A stretch of DNA of 64,000 bases from positions 1 to 64,000 of IMG/VR virus record IMGVR_UViG_3300032431_000004, one strand, 5' to 3'. The notes under the pieces are model-generated. The model was not told the origin of the DNA. It saw only the letters and a list, made by a program, of their open reading frames with translations, and did not search any database. The DNA comes from a virus. The position numbers and the translations under genes are program-made. Below, one piece after another: positions 9,928 through 19,441 of the stretch; within the stretch, counting starts at the first letter, position 1, and every line of letters begins with the position of its first letter.

Positions 9928-10824
9928 ATGAAAAGCGCATTTTCGTATTATGGCGGCAAATCAAAAATGGCACGCCACATCGTTCCCCTACTGAACGAGA
10001 TTCCCCACACCGTATATTGTGAGCCGTTTTGCGGCGGCGCGTCGGTACTCTTTGCCAAAGAAAAGCGCTCGGTTAGCTGTAATCACGATTACCGAGAAGT
10101 CATCAACGATACGAATGATTGGGTAATTACGTTTTACCGTGTTGCCAAACTGCAAAAGGATGAGCTGCTGAGGTTGATTGACGCCACCCTCTACAGCCAA
10201 AGTGATCACGCCAAAGCTAAGACGATTTTGAAAACGTCAGCAGAGCATGATGACTTAACAGTCGCATGGGCATTTTATGTGCAGGCTCAAATGTCTTTTT
10301 CTAATCAGCTTTTTACAGGATGGGGCACTGGTGTCACAAGTCGAAACCAAGCGGCTACCTGGGACAATCAAAAGCGATCGCTAGAAGCTGCGCTAGACAG
10401 GCTCTCAGAGGTGCATATCTCAAGTGAGGATGCTATCAGGTGTCTTGAGCGCTGGTCGTCCCCACATTCCTTATTCTTTGTCGATCCGCCATATATCGGC
10501 ACCGACCAGGGGCACTATGGCGGCTACACTGCTGACGATTGGCAAAACCTGTGTGACGCCCTAGACAATTGCAACTCTTCCTATGTCCTCAGCTGCTACC
10601 CACAGGAGGTAGAACCTAAATCCGCACAGCAACGCATTGAAGCGCCTACCCTTTGCTCAGCAAGTGGCAAAGGAAAAGTAGGGGCAGATAGGGGCACCTT
10701 CAGGACAGCAGATGAGATGGGCGATCGCGAGCGTACTGAGGTGCTGTGGGTATGCGATCGATCTAGCGGTATCCGGCCTGATTTGATCAATATCGCAAGA
10801 CTAGAGCAGCTTTCGTTCCTGTGA
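9928..10824 (+). CDS. DNA adenine methyltransferase (Dam/D12 class)
   Basis: YYGGKSKMA, EPFCGGASV, EVIND, FVDPPY. Confidence 0.9.
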   Translation: MKSAFSYYGGKSKMARHIVPLLNEIPHTVYCEPFCGGASVLFAKEKRSVSCNHDYREVINDTNDWVITFYRVAKLQKDELLRLIDATLYSQSDHAKAKTILKTSAEHDDLTVAWAFYVQAQMSFSNQLFTGWGTGVTSRNQAATWDNQKRSLEAALDRLSEVHISSEDAIRCLERWSSPHSLFFVDPPYIGTDQGHYGGYTADDWQNLCDALDNCNSSYVLSCYPQEVEPKSAQQRIEAPTLCSASGKGKVGADRGTFRTADEMGDRERTEVLWVCDRSSGIRPDLINIARLEQLSFL

Positions 10825-11083
10825 AGCTTCCGCATAGTTGCCAACGTTTCCAACGTTTAACGTTAGAATAACGACAGCTATAAGGAGAGAATTATGGAAG
10901 ACACGGTAGATGGGGTAGTAATAAGCGCGGCTGAAATGGCCGCGATCGCGCTGGTCATGCATCTGCGATGGAAGCAATCGCAAGCTTTACGCCTTGGCAC
11001 TGTGGCAGATCGCCCGCCAATGGAGTCGTTTGAGGATTGGCTGAAAGCGATCGCGGGTTCGGCAGTAATAAAGGAAGAGACTA

Positions 11084-11578
11084 ATGGATAGTTCCGAAAC
11101 CAGTGAAGTATTGCTCAAGCTGGTTGAGCAATGGAGATCTACCGGAGGTTTGACAAGCGACATTCCTGCTAGTTTATCGTTTGATGATTGGCTGAACGTG
11201 ATTGCATTCTGTCAGGAAGTGCTTGAGTTGGAATTCCCTGCGATCATCGTAGATGAAAAGCTTGAACCTTTTAGTGCCTGCCCATTTTGCGGGGGCAAAG
11301 ACCAAGTTTTTTTAGACAATGACAAACGTGATACCGGGACTTCATACGGTTACTACGTCAAATGCTCCTGCGGTGCGGAAGGTGCGGTTGGTGTAGACAA
11401 GTCAGAAGCGGCGGCATTGTGGAATAAGCGATCAGAAACGCCCGCGATCGCGATAGGAGATGACAGGCGGCTTAGCGACAGTCAAAACAAAGCGATCGCT
11501 TTTCTAGGAACTTGCTCTGCTCAGCAACAAGCTCAAATGATGGATGGCCACAAGTTTAGGATAGAAACCAATGAATAA
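11084..11578 (+). CDS. Lar-like (restriction alleviation) Zn-finger protein
   Basis: CPFCGG...YYVKCSCGAEG...EAAALWNKR. Confidence 0.65.
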   Translation: MDSSETSEVLLKLVEQWRSTGGLTSDIPASLSFDDWLNVIAFCQEVLELEFPAIIVDEKLEPFSACPFCGGKDQVFLDNDKRDTGTSYGYYVKCSCGAEGAVGVDKSEAAALWNKRSETPAIAIGDDRRLSDSQNKAIAFLGTCSAQQQAQMMDGHKFRIETNE

Positions 11579-11939
11579 TTCCGAAGCAACCAAACTCAAA
11601 GCACCCTCATCCAATAGAGATCCTTTACAAGAGCTGAGAGAAGCGGGGCTGCACATTTACCTATTTGGCGGGTTCTGCCCTGTGCAGTGTGAGGCTACGT
11701 TGCCATCTGGCAAGGCACTTTACTTCCGATCGCGTGGGGAATGTTGGGAGTTGACGATCGCGCCCACAAGATTAGGCGCTGTGAGTGGTGACAACGCATC
11801 CCTTAGCATCTCGTCAGAGTACGGGACTGAACAGTTTGAGGCTGGCTACATGCCACTAGAAACGGCAGCTGACATAATCCTCACCGCGATCGCACTTTAT
11901 CGATTGTCGTCTGGCAAAGGAGTAGCTAGCCATGAGTAA
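11571..11939 (+). CDS. Hypothetical protein, paralog of next gene
   Basis: Shares PLQ.L..AGL, C.ATLP.GK..YF and LETAAD.IL..IALY.LSSGKG with 11932-12267. Confidence 0.7.
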   Translation: MNNSEATKLKAPSSNRDPLQELREAGLHIYLFGGFCPVQCEATLPSGKALYFRSRGECWELTIAPTRLGAVSGDNASLSISSEYGTEQFEAGYMPLETAADIILTAIALYRLSSGKGVASHE

Positions 11940-12267
11940 CCCTAAAGCCAGCGCGATCGCTAGAAGCCCTTTACAAAGGCTGCAAGACGCAGGGCTTGTA
12001 GTCGTTGGATTCGTTGGGTTTGACCCTATCATTTGTGACGCCACTCTACCGGATGGCAAAAACATTTATTTTACAGCGTGGGAATATAGCTGGGAGCTAA
12101 AGATCACAGAATGGAACATGGCTTCTCTGGATTCCCTTTTTAACCTTGAGGTTTCATACCCAGAATATTCCGTAGAAAAGTTGATGTCGTTAGAAACTGC
12201 GGCAGATTTAATCCTTGCCTCAATCGCCCTCTATCAACTGTCGTCCGGCAAAGGGGCGATCGCATGA
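11932..12267 (+). CDS. Hypothetical protein, tandem paralog
   Basis: See previous gene; overlapping start/stop. Confidence 0.7.
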   Translation: MSNPKASAIARSPLQRLQDAGLVVVGFVGFDPIICDATLPDGKNIYFTAWEYSWELKITEWNMASLDSLFNLEVSYPEYSVEKLMSLETAADLILASIALYQLSSGKGAIA

Positions 12268-12569
12268 GCTGGGCAACAAGATCAAGGAAAGTCCTGCTAG
12301 AGATTGCGGCCGCGAATCCTCAGCAGCAAGGGGAATCCCTAGAGGACTGGAGCAAGCGGATGAAGAGAGCGATCGTAGATGGCTACCCATTTATGCAGAG
12401 AGGCGGGTTTGCGTATCAGCATTGGTGCCGCGAGAGGTCGGTAGTCTTGCGCGAGCTGGGCATCGTAGCGGGATTGCCTAAAAAGGGAAGTAGGGCGATC
12501 GCAGAGCTGGCAGCCATGCCCCACACTGGACAGCTGAATCTATTGGATGTAGGAGATAGAAATGAGTAG
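12264..12569 (+). CDS. Hypothetical protein
   Basis: ATGA-coupled; YPF.QRGGFAYQHWC..R motif. Confidence 0.6.
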   Translation: MSWATRSRKVLLEIAAANPQQQGESLEDWSKRMKRAIVDGYPFMQRGGFAYQHWCRERSVVLRELGIVAGLPKKGSRAIAELAAMPHTGQLNLLDVGDRNE

Positions 12570-13824
12570 GGAACTAGAGTCATGGTTCAGCGGCGGCGGG
12601 CTAGCTGACATAGGGTATGCGGAGGCTGGCCTTACCCCGACCTTTGCCGTAGAGCTTGACGACGCGATCGCCAGTGTGTACCGGGCAAACCTTAACGATC
12701 ATTGCCTGACTGCTGACGTTCGCAATGTCGAATTGTACGGCACCACAAGGTTCTGGTTTCACGTTTCGCCGCCTTGCACTAATGCGTCGGTAGCGAAAAC
12801 GAATGGTGGTGAAACTGAGCTAGACATTCAGCTAGCGCGGGCGATAGTGCGGGGCATTGAACGGCGATCGCCCTGGTTCAGTCTGGAGAATGTATGGGGC
12901 TATCGAACGTTTGAAAGCTTCAGGCTGATCCTAGAAGCCTTGTCTAACAATGGATACAATCTGGCGTACTGGCATCTGAATAGTGCTAATTACGGAGTGC
13001 CACAGACTAGGAAGCGGCTAATCCTGTGCGCGAGCAGAGTAAAACGGGTTGTTCAGCCTCACCCTACCCATGCCAAAGCCCCTGACCTATTTGCACTGCC
13101 TTGGGTCGGTTGGTATGAAGCGATCGCGGATTTGGTGCCCACACTACCAGAGACTCAATTTGCAAAATGGCAGCTTGAACGGTTGCCAGAAGAGCTGAGA
13201 GCAATCACGGCACTGGATCAAAATCTAAAAACCTGTCTCGTTGAGACTAAGAATTCTAATCGGCAATGGGGCAAAGGATACCGTGTTGGCAATCTGCCAC
13301 GGGAGTTACTGATTGGTGATCAGCGCAGCAATGGGGGGCGATCGCTTTCAATCCGTAATGAGGATCAGCCGTGCTACACAGTTGAGGCTTCTAAAAGCGG
13401 CGTTCATGCTGGCAGGGCGTTACTAATTGAAGGGACTGAGCAGCGGCGCACAACGGTGTCGCATCGAGGGGAGCTAGAACCATCGTTCACTATCAAGGCA
13501 TCGATCCACAAGTCTTCTACTCGGGCATACATCCCTGAACCTTTCATGGTTGATGGGCTTGCCAACAATCGCGGGGCTTCGGTAACGATTGTGACAGGCG
13601 ATCGCCCTTCCTATACCGTTAAAGCCTCAGCCTATAAGCAGGCATCGCGGGCATACATCCCTAACGGTAGGGTCGTTACAATCACCCCTGAATGCCTCGC
13701 ACGGTTTCAGTCAGTGCCCAGTTGGTATCGGCTATCTGGTAAGGCTTCGCTGGATTGCAAGGTACTGGGTAACGGATTCCCTTGCTTACTGGCTCAGGCA
13801 TTAGTTGAGGCACAAAAGCTATGA
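12562..13824 (+). CDS. DNA cytosine-C5 methyltransferase with repeated variable region
   Basis: FSGGG (motif I), SPPC (IV), ENV (VI), PQTRKR (VIII), ARFQSVP (IX), LGNG (X). Confidence 0.9.
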   Translation: MSRELESWFSGGGLADIGYAEAGLTPTFAVELDDAIASVYRANLNDHCLTADVRNVELYGTTRFWFHVSPPCTNASVAKTNGGETELDIQLARAIVRGIERRSPWFSLENVWGYRTFESFRLILEALSNNGYNLAYWHLNSANYGVPQTRKRLILCASRVKRVVQPHPTHAKAPDLFALPWVGWYEAIADLVPTLPETQFAKWQLERLPEELRAITALDQNLKTCLVETKNSNRQWGKGYRVGNLPRELLIGDQRSNGGRSLSIRNEDQPCYTVEASKSGVHAGRALLIEGTEQRRTTVSHRGELEPSFTIKASIHKSSTRAYIPEPFMVDGLANNRGASVTIVTGDRPSYTVKASAYKQASRAYIPNGRVVTITPECLARFQSVPSWYRLSGKASLDCKVLGNGFPCLLAQALVEAQKL

Positions 13825-14324
13825 AGGAAATTAGCGTCCTGTTTGTAGATCCCGCGCTGGCATCCCTTGGATGGGCTGTCATCAGCGGGAATTCTCACAG
13901 CTTCAAGATGATTGACTTTGGAGTAGTCGTAACCCCAGCAGGGATGCCACTGGGCGATCGCCTTTCCATAGTTCGGCAAGATGTACTAGAGCTGCTAGAG
14001 CTGCACAAGCCTACTGTCGTTGGCTATGAAAAGCCATTCTTTTCTGGCAAGAATACTAATGCCGCGATTGTGCAAAATGCGATCGGGGTAATGCTCTCTG
14101 CGATGGCCGACGCTGGTTATCCAAGTCCCGTAGAACTGAAGCCATCGCAAATCAAATTGGCGATCGCGGGTAGCGGGAAGGCTGAAAAAGTTGAAGTTAG
14201 GGCGGCAGTCCTTGAGCTGTTTGGATTGACCCACCAAAAAGGGACGAAGGATGACGCCTACGATGCAGCAGCGGGTGCGGCGGCGGTGATGCAAAACTAT
14301 TTTTTATTTGAGGCAGCGACATGA
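13821..14324 (+). CDS. ruvC: RuvC Holliday junction resolvase
   Basis: VDPALASLGWAV, YEKPFF, PSQIKLAIAGSGKAEK, DDAYDA. Confidence 0.9.
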   Translation: MKEISVLFVDPALASLGWAVISGNSHSFKMIDFGVVVTPAGMPLGDRLSIVRQDVLELLELHKPTVVGYEKPFFSGKNTNAAIVQNAIGVMLSAMADAGYPSPVELKPSQIKLAIAGSGKAEKVEVRAAVLELFGLTHQKGTKDDAYDAAAGAAAVMQNYFLFEAAT

Positions 14325-15105
14325 GTAAGTTTTTAGTTCAGTTTGCAGACGACGAAGGATTGGGAAGTGAGAACGAGGTTGAAGCCTCTGACCATCAAGG
14401 TGCCGCGATCGCATTTGTTGAAAAGAATTGTGATTCAGAAACCCATGAAGCACTGCTAGAAACTCCTGAGTACATACTCGTTTCTCGCGGCAGCGGCGAA
14501 CCTGTGAGATTTCAAGTGACTTCCGAAGTCAGCTATCAGTTCTATGCAAACGAGGCTTGAAAACATGAATATTACTCTTGAGCAACTAGAAGCGGCGTTG
14601 GCAGTTCTAGCAAAAGACCATCGGTTCCAAGGTTCAGAAGTCAGGCTTCATAACACTAGGCTGTTGAGGATGCTGGGCAAACCACTAACGGCTGCTGAAG
14701 AACTGGCGATCGCTGAATCTCGCCGTCGCGCTGTAAACGCAATGGTGTCGCCATCCTTTGTAGTAGGGAGCGATCGCACATGATCTACACCATTACAAAA
14801 TCAATTGCTGCTATCAAGGTAAGCCCAGCGGTGTCATCAGCAGTCCGACTAAAAATAGAGAATGGGTTTCGACTGGCAGAAGTTTACTTGGCAGATGTGG
14901 CTACCCATCATTTCATTGCTGGCTCCTACACTCCCGTTGAAACTTTCACCATGTTTCAAATGGTTGACGAAACTGCCACTGATGCTGACATAGAGATGGT
15001 TCGACAGATCTTGCAGAAGCATGAAGAAGAAGACGCAGCCAGTCAGCTTAGGATGGCACGGCACAGAGAGCAAATGAGTTTAGACATGGGCATGGGAGGT
15101 GACGT

Positions 15106-15408
15106 ATGACGGCAGCACATGATGAATTGCGATCGCAGATAAACGCGATCGCACTGCGGACACAGAAGTTAGAGGATGCGATAGCGAAGCGCTGCTTGCA
15201 GATTGAGACTGACAAGTTTCTGCCAATTTCCGTTTGCTACAGGCGGTTAGGCTACCGAAATTCAACCCATTTCAGAAACGCTGTCTACGCAGATGAGCAG
15301 CGAATGTCAGAAGGGAAGACGCCCAATCATTTTCCGCAGGGCGCTATCCAGAAGCGGGGTGGTAGATGGTTCGTAGATGTCAAAGCAGTAATGGAGTCGA
15401 AAACATGA
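15106..15408 (+). CDS. Small DNA-binding (excisionase-like) protein
   Basis: ISVCYRRLGY...GRWFVDV; similar to next ORF. Confidence 0.4.
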   Translation: MTAAHDELRSQINAIALRTQKLEDAIAKRCLQIETDKFLPISVCYRRLGYRNSTHFRNAVYADEQRMSEGKTPNHFPQGAIQKRGGRWFVDVKAVMESKT

Positions 15409-15575
15409 ACGAGCAGTTCAAATCAGTGGCAGCCTGCTACCGCACATTAGGATACGCAAGACAGGAAGATTTGAGGCAGGATATCCGCTCAAAGCGACTG
15501 CCAGAAGGGAGCTATGCGATTGTAAACGATCGCTATTTCGTAGACGTTCAAGCGGTACAAGAGGCACAAGCATGA
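15405..15575 (+). CDS. Small DNA-binding protein, paralog of previous
   Basis: VAACYRTLGY...DRYFVDV; ATGA coupling. Confidence 0.4.
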   Translation: MNEQFKSVAACYRTLGYARQEDLRQDIRSKRLPEGSYAIVNDRYFVDVQAVQEAQA

Positions 15576-16213
15576 CACATTCAGCAACGACGGCAAAGAG
15601 CGATCGCCAGCCATTAGATCGCTATGATTCTCCTGAGTGGATGCCAGATGTATTGTTCTATGAACTCCCAGGATTTCCTAGTGACACGGTATTTTTTGAG
15701 TGCTGCAAGGAGGGTGGGTCAATCTCAAAAACAATTCTTGATCACGGATACCAGGTCATCACCGCAGACATTGACCCAAATACTGATCCTGACTTTGTTT
15801 TAGACATGACTAAGCCGGATTCCTGGGATGCGCTACCCCACTTTGATTACGTAATCACCAATCCACCTTTTTGTGATGCTGATGCCATCGTAGGCATGGC
15901 AATCCCTAGGGCTAAAGGAGTGATGATGTTACTGCGTAAGACTTGGGATGAGCCAACAGTCATCCGCTACGAACTGCTAGAAAAACACCCTTGGACAAAC
16001 AAGATTTGCTTGCCTCGCTATAAGTTCACGAGGTCTAAAGATCCGTCTACCGGGCTGAGAACTGGCAATTGGCAGACAGATTCAACGCCGATCGACTGGT
16101 TCATGTGGATGCCAAGCATGGGTATCCCCACCATGAGCGTCTACTCCGAAGACAAGATAAACAAATTTTCTCGATACACTGCTAACCCCGACAGGGAGGG
16201 CGATCGCAAATGA
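15572..16213 (+). CDS. Phage amino-methyltransferase (NPPF type)
   Basis: DRYDSPEW, ITADID, VITNPPF; SAM motif degenerate (ECCKEGGS). Confidence 0.75.
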   Translation: MTHSATTAKSDRQPLDRYDSPEWMPDVLFYELPGFPSDTVFFECCKEGGSISKTILDHGYQVITADIDPNTDPDFVLDMTKPDSWDALPHFDYVITNPPFCDADAIVGMAIPRAKGVMMLLRKTWDEPTVIRYELLEKHPWTNKICLPRYKFTRSKDPSTGLRTGNWQTDSTPIDWFMWMPSMGIPTMSVYSEDKINKFSRYTANPDREGDRK

Positions 16214-16632
16214 ACCCCGAAACCCAAGCAAAGACAACATTGAACGTAGCCAACCTCAAGACGACCAAGATTGGGATCAGGTGCGATCGCGCTTCCTTCC
16301 TAGGCAACCCATTCGATATGGAACGCGAGGCAGATAGAGCCAGTGTTTGTGACGGTTTCAGAAAGTATCTGTGGGCAGTCGTTGGGCATGGGCGATCGCC
16401 TGTAGACGCCGCCAACGCCATCGCAGCCAGTATGGGGTTACAGATGTCAGCAAAGTGGCGATCGCCCACTACAGGCCAATTCCTAGCGGCTCTAGAGCAA
16501 GTGGAGCTAGCACCGGACGGAACTAAGCTACTTTGCTGGTGTAGCCCCCTGCGGTGCCACTGCGATGAGTACGTGAACTATCGGGCATGGGTTGAGCAAA
16601 CTATTGAGGGCAACAGCGACCATGAATCCTAA
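16210..16632 (+). CDS. DUF4326-like protein
   Basis: DRASFLGNPF and LLCWCSPLRCHCD. Confidence 0.75.
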   Translation: MNPETQAKTTLNVANLKTTKIGIRCDRASFLGNPFDMEREADRASVCDGFRKYLWAVVGHGRSPVDAANAIAASMGLQMSAKWRSPTTGQFLAALEQVELAPDGTKLLCWCSPLRCHCDEYVNYRAWVEQTIEGNSDHES

Positions 16633-17170
16633 TCTTGACAATTCTTGGATACAAACCTATACAGGGAAGGCTTTTTTCCCGCTAAGCCCTGAAACCGAAG
16701 ATATCGACATCATTGATATTGCTTGGGCGCTATCAATGCAGTGCAGGTATGCAGGGCATTGCAAACGGTTCTACAGCGTTGCCGAGCATTCAGTCCTAAT
16801 TTCCCGCGCTGTCCCACTGGAAGACAGGTTGATAGGCTTGCTGCATGACGCTTCTGAGGCTTATTTGGTTGACATCCCACGGCCTATCAAATGGGCAATG
16901 GGTGGGTACGCAGGATACGAAGCCACTCTGATGAATGCGATCGCTATCCGCTTTGGCTTGCGCGATGTCACAACCGAGGCTGTTAAGGATGCTGACGCTC
17001 GGATACTGCACAACGAACGAGCTGCACTAATGCCAGGGGGCGATCGGGACTGGACTATCCCTGGCGAGCCACTGCCCAATATCAAGGTGATAGGACGAAG
17101 CCCTCCCGGTGCTTTTGAATTGTTTATGGCAGAGTTTAGGCATCTTACTGAGGAGGGCGATCGCGCTTAA
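16622..17170 (+). CDS. HD-domain phosphohydrolase (YfdR / 5'-deoxynucleotidase-like)
   Basis: IQTYTGK, DIAWALS..CRYAGH, YSVAEHS, LLHDASEAY. Confidence 0.85.
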   Translation: MNPNLDNSWIQTYTGKAFFPLSPETEDIDIIDIAWALSMQCRYAGHCKRFYSVAEHSVLISRAVPLEDRLIGLLHDASEAYLVDIPRPIKWAMGGYAGYEATLMNAIAIRFGLRDVTTEAVKDADARILHNERAALMPGGDRDWTIPGEPLPNIKVIGRSPPGAFELFMAEFRHLTEEGDRA

Positions 17171-17191
17171 TCGTCTGACATTGCTTCCACC

Positions 17192-17219
17192 GCGCACAGC
17201 CGGGATTGGCGACCCGGCA
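17192..17219 (+). promoter_or_regulatory. Conserved leader hairpin motif, copy 1
   Basis: GCGCACAGCCGGGATTGGCGACCCGGCA; similar copies at 17485, 17776 and 61761 (-). Confidence 0.6.
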
Positions 17220-17484
17220 CCCACTACACCCACTAAAAAATGAACTCAACAACTCCTTTAATTCCCCAGATGATAGAGATAATCACGAGACTTCACTCCA
17301 GAGTCTCAGATAGAGACCTGCTACGCCACCTGGCAGACGCCCTAGACGCCTTAGAATGCGCTGGCGATCGCCTCAACGAGATAGAAGCCGAAGAAGACGC
17401 CAGAGCGAGTGCTGACCCTCTAGACGATGGCGATCGCGCATACGACGCCTAGGTAGACAACCTGCTAACGGGCTGAGATTCAGA

Positions 17485-17509
17485 GCGCGCAGCCGGGAGT
17501 AGCGCCCGA
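17485..17509 (+). promoter_or_regulatory. Conserved leader hairpin motif, copy 2
   Basis: GCGCGCAGCCGGGAGTAGCGCCCGA upstream of gene at 17532. Confidence 0.55.
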
Positions 17510-17531
17510 TACACACCTACTAAGGAACGCC

Positions 17532-17774
17532 ATGACAACTGTTATTGATTTCATCGAAGCAACATTGGCTTTATGTGGAGAGTGGGAGAAGGGCGATCGC
17601 CTTCCACCCGATGACGAAATAGTTTCTAGGCTGCTTGGGGAGATCGGCGTTTTTGAGCAAGAGATTAGAAGCCTAGACTTGAGCGATCTGGTCGGCGCGA
17701 GGCTGGCGGTTCCAGATGCCTTAATGCTGCTGGCGTCGCTCAAAAACAGGATACAAGCGATCGCACTAGGATGA
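17532..17774 (+). CDS. Hypothetical protein, tandem duplicate with 17824-18105
   Basis: MTTVIDFIEATLALC vs MTTAIEFIEEALVLC; leader also duplicated. Confidence 0.7.
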   Translation: MTTVIDFIEATLALCGEWEKGDRLPPDDEIVSRLLGEIGVFEQEIRSLDLSDLVGARLAVPDALMLLASLKNRIQAIALG

Positions 17775-17775
17775 A

Positions 17776-17803
17776 GCGCGCAGCCGGGAGTAGCGTCCCG
17801 GCA
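17776..17803 (+). promoter_or_regulatory. Conserved leader hairpin motif, copy 3
   Basis: GCGCGCAGCCGGGAGTAGCGTCCCGGCA. Confidence 0.6.
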
Positions 17804-17823
17804 TTCCACTACCAAGGAACTCC

Positions 17824-18105
17824 ATGACAACCGCTATTGAGTTTATTGAAGAAGCATTAGTTTTGTGTGACGGGTGGGAGGATGGCAATCCGCCTAGCGA
17901 CAAAAGCATCTCTGAGCTACTTGGAAAGATTGACACCGTTCACAGAGGGCTGAAAAGGACAGATATGGAGAGCAGGAGCGCGATCGATCAGTATGTGACC
18001 CCAGGCGTCCTAAATCGGCTGGCATCGCTGAAAATCAGGGTACGCTGCATCGCACCGCTAGAAGAGAGCGGCTGGCAAGAAAACGAACGGCAGGGTGAAG
18101 CCTAG
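17824..18105 (+). CDS. Hypothetical protein, tandem duplicate
   Basis: Paralog of 17532-17774. Confidence 0.7.
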   Translation: MTTAIEFIEEALVLCDGWEDGNPPSDKSISELLGKIDTVHRGLKRTDMESRSAIDQYVTPGVLNRLASLKIRVRCIAPLEESGWQENERQGEA

Positions 18106-18212
18106 ATCTGACGCACTCCCTATCCGTTCCCAAAAAAAACTTTGCCCAGCCCCTTGACAACGCCCGTATCTTTTGGCATACTAAAGAAGACAGCCGAAGA
18201 AAGGAGATCCCG

Positions 18213-18440
18213 ATGACCAACTCAGCCGCCCAGACCGCCGCCCAGACCGATCGCCAGCCTCGCGCCGACCTGATCGGGAGGTACCTCGGCCTCGCACCTC
18301 AGCCCCAAGCGCAGAACAGCGATCGCGCCGTAGCCCTAGCGATCCTGCTAGAGGAAATTCAGGACAGCGGAGACGCCGTTCTCCTGTTCCAGGTCGCCGA
18401 GATGGCGCTCGGGATGGGCAAGCGCCTCGCCGGCTGCTAG
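18213..18440 (+). CDS. Small GC-rich accessory gene with own promoter
   Basis: TTGACA-17-CATACT at 18154-18182, AAGGAG RBS, hairpin after stop. Confidence 0.6.
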   Translation: MTNSAAQTAAQTDRQPRADLIGRYLGLAPQPQAQNSDRAVALAILLEEIQDSGDAVLLFQVAEMALGMGKRLAGC

Positions 18441-18514
18441 AAGCCAGCCCCGGTGGTCATCGGACTGCTGGGGCGATCGCGCATCAGTCCAAACAGCTAG
18501 CGAAAAACAGAAAA

Positions 18515-18913
18515 ATGATCAACCCTAAAATTACAAAGCCCTGCGCAGACTGCCCATTCAGGAGATCCGTAGCCTTCCCTATCGGAGTAGAAAGGCGATC
18601 GCAAATTGCTGAATCCCTCGGGAACGATTGGCACACGTTCCCATGCCACAAAAGCACGTTCGATAAAGACGGCGAACCCCTACCAGACAGCGCACATCGC
18701 CATTGCACCGGGGCAATGATGGTGCTAGAGCAGTGCGATCGCCCTAACATTGCCATGAGGATTGCTCGGCTGGAGAAGCTGTATCATCCCGACAATCTAG
18801 AGGATTGGGGCGATATCTTTGAGAGCTTTGAAGACTTCATTGAAGCATCCCCGGATTTCGACTTTGAAGATCCTGACTTTGACGGTTTAGAGGTAGAAGA
18901 AGAAACATGGTAA
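18515..18913 (+). CDS. Cys/His-rich phage protein
   Basis: PCADCPFRR, FPCHKS, HCTGA. Confidence 0.6.
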   Translation: MINPKITKPCADCPFRRSVAFPIGVERRSQIAESLGNDWHTFPCHKSTFDKDGEPLPDSAHRHCTGAMMVLEQCDRPNIAMRIARLEKLYHPDNLEDWGDIFESFEDFIEASPDFDFEDPDFDGLEVEEETW

Positions 18914-19207
18914 TCAACTGCCCACACTGCAATCGAACAAGCAAAGGATAAATCTGATGACTTTGGAAACTTCGACCAACTTAGAAGATGTTTTAGACAT
19001 TCGACCTGCCGGAGGCGTTTCAAGCCTTGAGGGTGGATTCAGGATTGGATGGTTTAAAGACAAAGAGCTGCCAGGAATTTGCTTGGCAATAAATAGACGA
19101 GGCGAGGTTTTTGCTAGGTTCATGAAAGACGAAACCGTTCATCATGCAAAAAACCTATCAAGAGCAGAGTCAGAAGCGATTTCTGGCATCAAACTATTGC
19201 ATCTTGG

Positions 19208-19441
19208 GTGGGAGCTTTGAACTGCCCACACTGCAAAAGCGATCGCATGACCAAGTACGGCTTCACCACATCAGGCCGTCAAATCTGGCGTTGCTCTGCC
19301 TGCGCCAAAGATACCAGCGGCAACCCCACAGGCAGGCCGTTAAAGTCGGTGGGGAAGTGTCCCAACTGTGGGAGCGATCGCACTCGCAAAACATGCGGCA
19401 GGGGACGCTGCAAAGCCTGTGGGAAGACTTGGAAGCTCTAG
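19208..19441 (+). CDS. Double Zn-ribbon protein (InsA N-terminus-like)
   Basis: CPHCKS..MTKYG...GRQIWRCSAC, plus a second CPNC..CKAC. Confidence 0.6.
   Translation: MGALNCPHCKSDRMTKYGFTTSGRQIWRCSACAKDTSGNPTGRPLKSVGKCPNCGSDRTRKTCGRGRCKACGKTWKL

Noticed and set aside
19208-19441. IS1 element (also 28509-28709)
   Set aside because: Only InsA-like Zn ribbons; no InsB/DDE frame or IS1 inverted repeats.
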